A DNA stretch of 19,963 nucleotides from an uncultured Nitrososphaerota archaeon (GCA_964518475.1 CAZFGR010000028.1:1-19963); one strand, 5' to 3'. Shown: positions 7,909-16,739, counted from the first letter of the stretch. Numbers and translations: made by a program. The notes: generated by a model not told the origin, from the letters alone.

Positions 7909-8982
7909 TTAACTGGTTCTTTTTCCTTCAATGAATTCTTTGAATGCTTTTTCGGCGTCTTCTAGCGTCATTTTCTCAGGTGGGTTCTTGAAGTATAGGG
8001 CTGAAACGCTTTTTAGTACTCCTGTTAGTCCTCTGTCGAGCCCAATCCTGACCGCTCTTATTACATCGACTAGGGGATTGAAAGCGTTTAAGCTATCTGG
8101 GGCTCTCATTTTTATCTCCATTGTCAGCTGTGCTCCTGCGAAGAATTTTGCTGTAATGTAAATAATTGCGTCTCTATTATCTCTTAGGAAATCGACGTAA
8201 TCCATTGATAGGGCTGCTATTGGGAACTCTTGTCTGGTAGCTGCTGAGATCCCTATTTCTTTGACCTTGCTCTTGACTAGTCTGCTTCTTAGCTCTAATG
8301 AGCCAAAGGTTTCCGGGTTTCCTCCTACATCGAGATCATAGCTATAATTTATCATAGCGCCGTTTTTTCTTAGCCACTCTATGATGGCCTTGTGAATCCT
8401 CGTACTTCCGAATTGACTCATTAGATCGTCTCCTACAACAATTGCTTTCTGATCGAATTTTTTGGCCAGTTCCTCATCATTTACCACGTTTGCCGGAGTA
8501 CAGTTGACGAAGCTGATACTATGCTCTGCAGATATTTCTGCGTAGAATCTGGAGGATTCAAAAGCAAATCCAGAGATAAGATTTACCAGCATATCTATTC
8601 TTTTCTCTCGCAAAGAGTTGATGAATTCTTCCTGAGAAGTATCAACGGGTTTAATTACTTGGCTAGTTAGTGGACCCAATTTATCGAGCAGAACACCTTT
8701 TTCCACCATTACATCTAGTTTCGGCAATTTCTTAACCAAGATAGTCATGTTATTTGGTTCGGAATAGATTGCTTCTGAAAGATCTTTACCGATCTTCCGC
8801 TTATCCACATCATATGCCGCCACTATCTCTATGTCTGTGACCTTATACCCACCTAGGTCCCAGTGAAGAACACCCTCCAGCTCCTCCCCTCTCTCTTTCG
8901 CCAAATGTAGAGACTGTACTAGTGCAGAAGCAGCATTACCTACTCCTAACAATCCAATACGAATTCTTCCCAACGTAATCAC
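7909..8982 (-). CDS. ino1: Myo-inositol-1-phosphate synthase family protein (divergent)
   Basis: NAD-binding GLLGVGNAASALVQ, VAAYDVDKRKIGKDLSEAI, FVNCTP, VGDDLMSQFGST, DVGGN, YFKNPP. Probable start is TTG 8973 after GGTGA. Confidence 0.88.
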   Translation of the reverse strand: MITLGRIRIGLLGVGNAASALVQSLHLAKERGEELEGVLHWDLGGYKVTDIEIVAAYDVDKRKIGKDLSEAIYSEPNNMTILVKKLPKLDVMVEKGVLLDKLGPLTSQVIKPVDTSQEEFINSLREKRIDMLVNLISGFAFESSRFYAEISAEHSISFVNCTPANVVNDEELAKKFDQKAIVVGDDLMSQFGSTRIHKAIIEWLRKNGAMINYSYDLDVGGNPETFGSLELRSRLVKSKVKEIGISAATRQEFPIAALSMDYVDFLRDNRDAIIYITAKFFAGAQLTMEIKMRAPDSLNAFNPLVDVIRAVRIGLDRGLTGVLKSVSALYFKNPPEKMTLEDAEKAFKEFIEGKRTS

Positions 8983-9010
8983 CAGAAAGCCCCTTGGATT
9001 AAATACACAT

Positions 9011-9027
9011 GTTAATAAATTTTTTAA
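9011..9027 (-). promoter_or_regulatory. Putative BRE-TATA promoter of the ino1-like gene
   Basis: Minus strand reads AAAAAA-TTTATTAA about 40 nt upstream of the probable start. Confidence 0.45.
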
Positions 9028-9131
9028 GCTTTCTTAAAAATCTGCTTTTGAAAAAAGAGGTGTCTTGATGAAAATATTTTTGAGTTCTAAAATACGTTTC
9101 ATATAGAAAGTTTGTCTTTGTTTTTAGCTGC

Positions 9132-9926
9132 TTATGAGCTGGTCTTAATAAATCTTAGAAGCTCCTTTTCTATTTCCTTAATAGTTTTATCTGCTATGTG
9201 AATTACTTTGATGTTTTCTGGTGATTTCTCTAATTCTTTTTCTAATCTTTCCTTTGCTCCCTTTAAAATTTGCCAATTAAGTTCTTCCGCTATAGAGTCT
9301 AGTACACTACATAGCTCAATGGGCCATGTTTTGGGATCGTTGCCACATATTAAAAGAAGAAATTCGCAATTCTCTTTTATTCTGGCGATAGAAAATACGC
9401 TCATTAAGATGCCTTTGTGATCCACTAGATCTAGTATTACCTGGGTGTCAAGTATTTCTCGTACAAATTTTTCATATTTCTCAAGTGCTAGCATTTCTCT
9501 TACTTCCGAAAGGATCTGAGGTATCACTAAACCATTGATTATTTTCACATACTTATTCTCACCGATCTTAAAGTCAAAGCTGACATGTAGTAATTCTGTC
9601 TCTGTCCCGTATTCTACATGGTTTTTTTCTAGAACTTCCTCAACAAGCTTTTTTATAAAGTAACAGTCAACTATTCCTGGTTTCGTGAGTTCCTGTCTTC
9701 CCTTCTCTGTTATCTTCAATAATATTTTCCTAGAACCTTTTCTCCTTAGCGGTTCTACGGATCCCTCCCTGATTAATTCCTTCACAAGCTCGTTAACCCA
9801 TGATTTACGTATTCCTAGTTTTTCTGACAGGTCTTTCTGGGACAATGGTTTGAAGTAGAGCAGTGTCAAAATCTGCTTTTTCCGAAGATTCCTTCTCACT
9901 CTCTTAACCCGTCTTCTATTTAGCAT
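9132..9926 (-). CDS. Winged-HTH (MarR/ArsR-like) protein with an uncharacterised C-terminal domain, possibly a degenerate PD-(D/E)XK fold
   Basis: QILTLLYFKPLSQKDLSEKLGIRKSWVNELVKELIREGSVE...KILLKITEKG is a typical MarR-type wHTH. The C-terminal VEEVLEKNHVEY...FDFKIGENKYVKI resembles the start of a restriction-endonuclease-like core. Confidence 0.75.
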   Translation of the reverse strand: MLNRRRVKRVRRNLRKKQILTLLYFKPLSQKDLSEKLGIRKSWVNELVKELIREGSVEPLRRKGSRKILLKITEKGRQELTKPGIVDCYFIKKLVEEVLEKNHVEYGTETELLHVSFDFKIGENKYVKIINGLVIPQILSEVREMLALEKYEKFVREILDTQVILDLVDHKGILMSVFSIARIKENCEFLLLICGNDPKTWPIELCSVLDSIAEELNWQILKGAKERLEKELEKSPENIKVIHIADKTIKEIEKELLRFIKTSS

Positions 9927-9986
9927 TTTACCTAACCAAACCTCATAATTACCGGAAATCTATTGATTATTATCATGGTGACCCTT

Positions 9987-11288
9987 ATGAAGATTAGTGT
10001 TACTGATACTCTCTCGGACACCATGGCGGTTATAGTCCATAGAGAACTTTTCCCAATTTATAAAGTTGCGATCATAAGTTCTAAGAACTACTCGCTACCC
10101 GTCTGTGTATTACCTAATGATCACCCAGATATCAACATCAAAATGGGAAGGGACGATATTTTGTTAACTTCAAAGATTCTGAAGGAACTTGAAGTTTCCG
10201 CGGACAAGCTTGAAGTAAGACCCGTCTCTAGGGGTCTTTTTGTCTATGGAACACTATTGCCTACCTGGATAACTCCTGAGGGAGAAATCGGTCATTGCTG
10301 GGCAAGACTTGACAGTTCTTTATCCGTTAAAACCGTTCTCAGAGATTACGAAATCATTTACAGAGGGGGATTACCGTATGCTCAACAAGCTTCTGGTGAA
10401 GACATTCTAGGTGTAACGTATCTAGAAGTCCCTCTTGAGGAGAAAAATAGGATTCACAATATTGAGATTTCAGCTGGTTATAAAGTATCAATAGAGAAAG
10501 GATATATTGTAGAAAACTTCCCTATGCGCAGAACAATCCAAGTAAAGTTTTATAGCAGTAGACGGAGATTAGAAGGGAGGAAAATATTCACGATGCTATA
10601 TGGGGAGACCTTCCATCTGAGAGGATCATTAGTTCATTATGAAAGCGACCCAACAGGTTACATAACATGGCTGCGAGGGAACTGTTCTCTGCTGCTAACT
10701 GTTCCGCACGGTGGTTACTGGCGACCAGTCAACATAGTTAAGAGAAGAGAAAAAGAAGCTGACGAAGAGACTCAAGAACTAGTGAGAGAACTCGTAAAGA
10801 ACTTCTACGAGTTGAGTAATGGAGCGTTTCTACCATATGTTGTCTTAGCTAATCTGCATAGGTCCCGAATCGACTTTAATAGAGACTATGAAATTCGAGA
10901 AACACGCATCGCAAAGAAATATCATAACAAGATAGAGACTTTCCTTAGGGAGAGAAATATATTCTTGTTACTTGATATCCACGGAATGAGTGAGAAAAAT
11001 AGACACGATATCGAACTCGGTACATGCGAAGGAAAAACTGTGAAAGGGTATGAAGAAGTCCTAGAAACTCTCTACACAGAACTAAAGAGAGAAAACTTCT
11101 CAGTTCTCGTAGACGAGTACTATCCTGGCGAGTACACTGTGAAGAGATATGGAGAAAACAAAAACGTCATTGCTATCCAAGTAGAAATAAATAAGCAACT
11201 CAGAAAACTACAGAGTTATAAAACAACAGCTAAAAGACTAGCTAAAGCATTCATAAAGACGCTTAGAACACTCAGAACCAAATTATAA
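9987..11288 (+). CDS. Fusion protein: possible double-psi barrel + gamma-glutamylcyclotransferase (GGCT/AIG2) + N-formylglutamate amidohydrolase (HutG-like Zn hydrolase)
   Basis: GGCT motifs: LFVYGTLL, GLPYA, ILGVTY, IHNIE...GY. Amidohydrolase motifs: LLTVPHGG, EADEET, RSRIDFNRD, YHNKI, LLDIHGM, IELGT, AIQVEINKQLR. Likely start is ATG 9987 after GGTGA (ORF track start 9963). Confidence 0.8.
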   Translation: MKISVTDTLSDTMAVIVHRELFPIYKVAIISSKNYSLPVCVLPNDHPDINIKMGRDDILLTSKILKELEVSADKLEVRPVSRGLFVYGTLLPTWITPEGEIGHCWARLDSSLSVKTVLRDYEIIYRGGLPYAQQASGEDILGVTYLEVPLEEKNRIHNIEISAGYKVSIEKGYIVENFPMRRTIQVKFYSSRRRLEGRKIFTMLYGETFHLRGSLVHYESDPTGYITWLRGNCSLLLTVPHGGYWRPVNIVKRREKEADEETQELVRELVKNFYELSNGAFLPYVVLANLHRSRIDFNRDYEIRETRIAKKYHNKIETFLRERNIFLLLDIHGMSEKNRHDIELGTCEGKTVKGYEEVLETLYTELKRENFSVLVDEYYPGEYTVKRYGENKNVIAIQVEINKQLRKLQSYKTTAKRLAKAFIKTLRTLRTKL

Positions 11289-11450
11289 AAATATGTCCTA
11301 AGAAAACTCATCCACAAGAGGATAGAGCAATGCACTAAACTTTTCAATAGCTTAGTCCAATTTTCCAGCAATAGTTAAATCCCGATTAGCTTCATGAATT
11401 ATATTCTAGGATATTTCCAAGGAAAAATTTGGGTTCCCTCTAAAGCCTAA

Positions 11451-12863
11451 TTGCTTCCTTCCATTCAATCCGGGGATTCGATTTTGCGCATAAGAAGAGT
11501 GGGTCTAGAACTAGCTATTGAGTTAGACGAGGACGAAACTCCTCTCAAAGATATACCAATAATCCTTGATAAGAAGACGAGGACTTGGCGTCTACTCCCG
11601 ATGTATTACTACGACTTGAAGCGTCGAGCTACTCTTCTAGGGTATGATGTGAAAACTAATCTACGTGGAAACATATCACTAAGCAATATTATTGCTTCTA
11701 AACTTTCTCGACAATATGAATTGAGGGATTATCAATTACAAGCCATTAATTTCTTGGCCAAGAATAACTGGCGCGGCGTGATTGTTCTCCCGACGGGTGC
11801 TGGGAAGACGTTGATAGGTATTGAAGCATTAAATCAGTTACGATTAAAAACGCTTATAGTCGTGCCTACGCTGGATCTCATGAACCAATGGTTAAGAAAA
11901 CTTAACGAGTCTTTAGGGATTCCGAGAAGTTTGATTGGTCTTTACGGTGGTGGAAAATACAGTATAAGAGAGATAACCATTGTAACTTATGCAAGCGCGC
12001 ATAAAAAAGAGTTCCTAGAAAAGGCGATGGATTATTTCGGATTCGTTATATTCGATGAAGCTCATCACTTAGCCACAGAGCTTAACAAGGAGATAGCGAA
12101 AAGACTCATAGCTCCTTACCGAATAGGTTTGACAGCAACTCCTGGAGAGAAACATAAAGTATTAGAGGCCCTCATTGGTCCCATCCTTAAAATTGCTACA
12201 TTCAAAGACTTAGTTTCAAAAGGCTATTTAGCAGAATTCAATTACAAAAGGATATACGTGAGACTCACTAGTGAGGAGGAAAAACGTTACCAAGAACTGA
12301 TGAAGACATATGTGGAGTACGTAACTAATCTCTCAGGAAAAGATGAGATTGAACGGTTTAGAGAACTGGTGAAAAAATCTGTGAGAGATTCTGAAGCTAG
12401 AAAAGCACTCTTAGCGAGGATAGAAGCTAAGAACATAGCTCTTAAGGCACGGGAAAAGATTGAGGTTTTGAAGGATCTGTTAAGTAGGCATAAAAAGGAT
12501 AAAGTGATCATATTTACACGCCACGTAGATGCGGCTAAATACATATCAGTAATGTTCGGCATACCCTATATCACGGGAGACATGGACAAAAAGAGAAGAA
12601 AAGAAATATTGAAGATGTTCGAAGAGGGGAAAGTAACAAAGCTTGTAACTGCTGAAGTCTTAGATGAGGGTATGGATCTCCCCTCAGCCTCTGTGGGAAT
12701 AATTCTGGCTGGAAGACCATCCAAGAGGCAATTAATTCAGAGAATTGGTCGCTTGTTACGACCTAAAAACGGTAAGAAGGCGATGATTTACGAAGTGGTG
12801 ACCAGAGCAACTTATGACTTCTTCGCTTCTAAGAAAAGAAGAATTCGATTCCACGAGTTGTAA
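11451..12863 (+). CDS. xpb: XPB/Rad25-like SF2 DNA helicase
   Basis: LRDYQ, Walker A LPTGAGKT, DEAH, GLTAT, LDEGMDLP, QRIGRLLRP. Adjacent to a DUF790/Bax1 gene. The true start may be TTG 11484. Confidence 0.92.
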   Translation: MLPSIQSGDSILRIRRVGLELAIELDEDETPLKDIPIILDKKTRTWRLLPMYYYDLKRRATLLGYDVKTNLRGNISLSNIIASKLSRQYELRDYQLQAINFLAKNNWRGVIVLPTGAGKTLIGIEALNQLRLKTLIVVPTLDLMNQWLRKLNESLGIPRSLIGLYGGGKYSIREITIVTYASAHKKEFLEKAMDYFGFVIFDEAHHLATELNKEIAKRLIAPYRIGLTATPGEKHKVLEALIGPILKIATFKDLVSKGYLAEFNYKRIYVRLTSEEEKRYQELMKTYVEYVTNLSGKDEIERFRELVKKSVRDSEARKALLARIEAKNIALKAREKIEVLKDLLSRHKKDKVIIFTRHVDAAKYISVMFGIPYITGDMDKKRRKEILKMFEEGKVTKLVTAEVLDEGMDLPSASVGIILAGRPSKRQLIQRIGRLLRPKNGKKAMIYEVVTRATYDFFASKKRRIRFHEL

Positions 12864-12879
12864 AAGAGGGTTTTTATTA

Positions 12880-14157
12880 ATGATTCCTTTGTCCGCTCTT
12901 CCAGTCATCATAAGAGGAAAAACATTGATTCCGAGGTTTCTCTATCCCAAACATGTCAGTCTAGTGGCTTCATTAATCGATTTTGTAGAGGAGTTTGTAG
13001 ATAAGAATATCACGGAGACTCAACTTAAAAGGCTGATAGAGGGGTTAGTGGGGGATTATAGGTTATCTAGGGCTTTATTTTATACCCTAAAATATTTCTA
13101 CGAGTTCAGGACTACAGGATTAAGTGATTCCGAGATAAAGTATTTATCGAGTAGGTTAAATATCTCAGATGAGTGGGGATTAAAGAAGCTCTTCTATAAA
13201 TGGGTTCATGAAAAATACGGCTTTCTTGAACCAGAAAATAGGCTCGTAGCCTTGAGAGAATTTGCTACTGAAATAGGCATGTCTTTAGACACTATTAGGA
13301 GAGTAATAGAGAATGAGTTACCCGAGAAGACCATCTTTATCAGAAAAATGGCTGATAAGCCACGACCTTTAGCACTAATTGGTATGTACAATTTCTTGGT
13401 TCTAGAGAAACTCTTATCGATAAGCGACAAAGCCGTTCTTTACGTATTTGGCGAGGATCTAGGTACTACTGTGAAGAAGTTAATACTTAGGGCAAAGTGG
13501 CACGATGTACTCGCTGATTTTAAACATATCAATAAGGGAGTAGAGGTAACAATTACTGGTCCTCACCAACTATTTAAATTACCAGCTGTGAGTGAGTATG
13601 GCAAACACATCGCCGCTACGATAGCTCCTGTAATAGTGACCCGTGAAGCATGGCGCTTGAGAATATGGGTTATTTATAGGAAGAGGAGGTACTATTGCGA
13701 GATAAGTGGTTACCTAAGAGACTCACCTATCCTAAAACCTTACTGGGTATTAAACCCAACAGAAAAACCGAAAGAAACCTATGATAGCTCCGTGGAGAAA
13801 CGTCTTCATAGCATTCTTTCGCAAGTCTTAAAAAGAAACAACGCACGAGTTATCCGCGAATCCGATGTCTTGATACTCAGTAGTGGGAGAATAATAATCC
13901 CAGATCTCACAATAATAAGGAACGGTAAAAAAGTGTTCTTGGAGATTGTCGGGTATTGGCGCAAGGAGTATGTTGAGAAGAAACGAGAAAAATTGATTGA
14001 GGCTATGAGAAGTGGATTTAGGAACTTCGTAGCTGTTATAGATCATAAACTCAGAGGTAATTTTGAGGATACCCCGATCAATAAAGTATTTTATAGTGGT
14101 GACTATATCCCCGTCGGGAAACTCTGCCGTATAATAGATGACTTACTATCTTCTTAA
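12880..14157 (+). CDS. bax1: Bax1 (DUF790) endonuclease, partner of XPB
   Basis: N-terminal MIP...PRFL, ITGP..LF, and C-terminal nuclease core YDSSVEKRL...IIIPDL...FLEIVGYWRKEYVEKK. Likely start is ATG 12880 after GAGGG (ORF track start 12814 overlaps xpb). Confidence 0.9.
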   Translation: MIPLSALPVIIRGKTLIPRFLYPKHVSLVASLIDFVEEFVDKNITETQLKRLIEGLVGDYRLSRALFYTLKYFYEFRTTGLSDSEIKYLSSRLNISDEWGLKKLFYKWVHEKYGFLEPENRLVALREFATEIGMSLDTIRRVIENELPEKTIFIRKMADKPRPLALIGMYNFLVLEKLLSISDKAVLYVFGEDLGTTVKKLILRAKWHDVLADFKHINKGVEVTITGPHQLFKLPAVSEYGKHIAATIAPVIVTREAWRLRIWVIYRKRRYYCEISGYLRDSPILKPYWVLNPTEKPKETYDSSVEKRLHSILSQVLKRNNARVIRESDVLILSSGRIIIPDLTIIRNGKKVFLEIVGYWRKEYVEKKREKLIEAMRSGFRNFVAVIDHKLRGNFEDTPINKVFYSGDYIPVGKLCRIIDDLLSS

Positions 14158-14232
14158 TAATGCTTATAGAAAAACTAAAGAATCTTCGAAAGACATCGAT
14201 TTACTCTGGAAAGAATAACGGAAGGATATTAA

Positions 14233-14700
14233 ATGTCGATTCCCGAAAAAATCTGCTTTAAGCCAATCGGCATCGTTCATGTGTCCGTACCAGACTATGT
14301 TGTTAAGCAGGCTCTTAATGGTGTAAGAGGAGAAATAGAGATTTTTGAAGAATATGTTGAGGGATTAGAGGGTATTGAGGAATTCTCTCATATAATTGTT
14401 GTAGCCTATCTTCATAAAGTTCCTGAAGAAGCCCGACATACTCTAAAAGTCAGACCTAGGGGTAGATCTGATATGCCTCTCGTAGGTGTATTTTGTACAA
14501 ATTCTCCTCACAGACCAAACCCAATAGCGATAACCATCGTTAAATTGTTGAAGAGGAAGGATAGAAGACTCGTTGTTGGGGGATTAGATCTCTTCGATGG
14601 CACCATAGTTCTGGATATAAAACCATATACTCCTAGAAGAGTAGTCAGACACGCTAAATATCCCGAGTGGGTACTTAAGATATTAGGTAACAACCAGTAA
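14233..14700 (+). CDS. tsaA: TsaA/TrmO family SAM-binding protein (tRNA m6t6A37 methyltransferase-like), single-domain form
   Basis: FKPIGIVH, GLEGIEEFSHI, GVFCTNSPHRPNPI, GLDLFDGTIVLDIKPY. Confidence 0.92.
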   Translation: MSIPEKICFKPIGIVHVSVPDYVVKQALNGVRGEIEIFEEYVEGLEGIEEFSHIIVVAYLHKVPEEARHTLKVRPRGRSDMPLVGVFCTNSPHRPNPIAITIVKLLKRKDRRLVVGGLDLFDGTIVLDIKPYTPRRVVRHAKYPEWVLKILGNNQ

Positions 14701-15207
14701 TATCGGTAGCGTAGGGAGATAATTATAGTAAATGGAAGTTATACACTATTCGTCATCTTGTGTTATTAACATAGATCCAGAGTTATATCTCTTGTACCTC
14801 GAAATAAACAGCCTACTATCCGAGCTCGACTTCTTGCTTTTTGGCTGATCTGTTTTTGGGATTTGGATCATTGGGAATTCTCTGGGTGCTTTGCCATAGT
14901 CTCGCTTATCGCCCGAATTGATCTAGAATGCATTATACTAATCCCATCTACTGTGTATTCAATCCTAACCCCTGTTATGTGTATACGAGGGTCAAGATGA
15001 TGAGATGAGAACTTAGATCTTGATCGCATTAATCTTTTTTCTTATTTTCATGGAACTTTATCTATTCATTACCGGAGCCCATGCGATCTAGTCATTATAT
15101 CAAGTTGCAATTCTATCGAGGAGAGTTTAAAAAGACTAAATGGAGTAAGATAGTATGAAATATTGTTTTTAAGATGAAGATAAAGACTTATTTTGATACA
15201 GACATAG

Positions 15208-15234
15208 AAAATACTATAGTATTGATAAAATACT
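15208..15234. promoter_or_regulatory. Palindromic operator upstream of the RHH-PIN operon
   Basis: Perfect 14-bp palindrome AATACTATAGTATT (15210-15223) plus a repeated AAAATACT (15208-15215 and 15227-15234), directly before the GAGGTG RBS. Confidence 0.6.
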
Positions 15235-15246
15235 GAGGTGTTTTTA

Positions 15247-15546
15247 TTGACCACGACTGTATGGACTATAAAAGTGGATAAAAAGATGGATGCGATAGTT
15301 GAGAAACTTGTTAGAGAACTTGGATATACTAGTAAGGCCGAGTTTATCAGAGAGGCTGTTAGGGAGGCTATAATTAGGAAATATATTGGATTATTGGGGT
15401 TATTCTCAATGGATAGGTTGCAGTCTTCTAAGGGAGACCCAATGAAAGCTCTCGAAAAACTCTCTAGACTGGGAATCGATAGATCCATTATTGAGAAAGA
15501 GCTAGAAATGGGAAAAAAGGATGTTGAAAAACTCATCACGGAGTAG
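15247..15546 (+). CDS. Ribbon-helix-helix (CopG-like) antitoxin, VapB-like
   Basis: TTVWTIKVDKKMDAIVEKLVRELGYTSKAEFIREAVREAI is a typical RHH. Overlaps the downstream PIN gene. TTG 15247 follows GAGGTG (ORF track start 15238). Confidence 0.85.
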   Translation: MTTTVWTIKVDKKMDAIVEKLVRELGYTSKAEFIREAVREAIIRKYIGLLGLFSMDRLQSSKGDPMKALEKLSRLGIDRSIIEKELEMGKKDVEKLITE

Positions 15547-16063
15547 GATTATAGTTCTTGATGCTAATATATGGATAAAAGGTCTCTTCGGAATAAGTAA
15601 GGAAGCCAGACAGATTATTAAGGATTGCTTAAATCGTAAGTTAAGGATTGTTGTGAACAGCTATATTGTAGCAGAAGTGGTGCGAGTTCTTAAAAGAATA
15701 GCTATGAGAAGCAAGTTGAATCCATTAAAATTAGAGAGAAATTTCTGGATAATAATCAATTCTGAGAGCGTGATAAAAGATTTTATTACACCAGTTTCCG
15801 AGGATTTAATAGAGTTTCTGAAAAATAAGGATGAAATCTTACTGATATCCAAGATATTTAATTTAGAGCCTAAAGACGTACCTTATATTGTTCTAGCTTT
15901 CAAATTTAAAGCCCCAATAATAACAGAAGATAAGAGAAGCATTTATATAAAGCGGAGAGAGATAGAAGAGAGAATCGGAATTAGAATTCTTACTCTGAAA
16001 GAATTTAAGGCATATAATAAAAAAATGAGACCTTGTCTCAAGTCTGTGTCATGGCCTTCATGA
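15521..16063 (+). CDS. vapC: PIN-domain ribonuclease toxin (VapC-like)
   Basis: Four acidic PIN residues retained: IVLDANI, IVAEV, EPKDVPY, IITEDK. Ends with GIRILTLKEF. Confidence 0.88.
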   Translation: MLKNSSRSRIIVLDANIWIKGLFGISKEARQIIKDCLNRKLRIVVNSYIVAEVVRVLKRIAMRSKLNPLKLERNFWIIINSESVIKDFITPVSEDLIEFLKNKDEILLISKIFNLEPKDVPYIVLAFKFKAPIITEDKRSIYIKRREIEERIGIRILTLKEFKAYNKKMRPCLKSVSWPS

Positions 16064-16739
16064 TTACTTCTCTATCCTTGTATAATAGGATTCCTACTAG
16101 TACGAGACTGATTAATTCTAGAATGCCATGGATTATATCGAATATTGTTGGAAATGCGACAAAGATGAGAGTTACTATAAAGAATCCTACAAAAATCATA
16201 ATTATTGCTCTAGTAAACTTGGATATTCTTTCCTTAGCGAAGTAGTAAATCATCCAGAAAAATACTGCATACCAGAACTTAAACAACGCTTGTCTTACAT
16301 GATCAATAAGAGGCGGGAGACTCCAGAACAATCCCATTTTCTGAGGAATTACTGGCCATAGTATAGCCACTCCCACCATATAGGGTAAATCAATAAGTAT
16401 ATGGAGGAAGATACCAGCACTTATTCCTAGAAGAATAGACCCCGCTCTTTCGCTTTTGTACTTGATGAGAAGAGCTATGATGGTGATTACCGCTACAGTG
16501 ATTATGCTATGAGTAAGTGTCCTATGAAAAGCTTCATGTATTCTAGCGAGGTTTTCTACTCTATAATCTCCGGAGAATGCCCAGATGATCAGAGAGATGA
16601 GAGGATCATAGTCTGGAATAAAAGCCCCAAGGACGAATCCGTAACCGAGATACTTATTCATACGTATTCCTTCTCTATACTTACCAGCACTCCTATATAC
16701 TAAGAAATTAACAATACCATGTATCCCAGTAGCTGGCAT
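16038..16739 (-). CDS. Membrane-bound metal-dependent hydrolase (YdjM / LexA-binding inner-membrane hydrolase family)
   Basis: N-terminal His (GIHG), GAFIPDYD, HRTLTHS, FLHILID, GVAILWP, and multiple transmembrane segments. Confidence 0.85.
   Translation of the reverse strand: MPATGIHGIVNFLVYRSAGKYREGIRMNKYLGYGFVLGAFIPDYDPLISLIIWAFSGDYRVENLARIHEAFHRTLTHSIITVAVITIIALLIKYKSERAGSILLGISAGIFLHILIDLPYMVGVAILWPVIPQKMGLFWSLPPLIDHVRQALFKFWYAVFFWMIYYFAKERISKFTRAIIMIFVGFFIVTLIFVAFPTIFDIIHGILELISLVLVGILLYKDREVIMKAMTQT

Noticed and set aside
12814-12879. N-terminal extension of bax1 overlapping xpb
   Set aside because: ATG 12880 has an RBS and yields the typical DUF790 N-terminus (MIP).
14995-15060. ATGATGA box C-like motif (also TTGATGA near 9065) suggesting C/D-box sRNAs
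   Set aside because: No properly spaced CTGA box D or C'/D' pair downstream.
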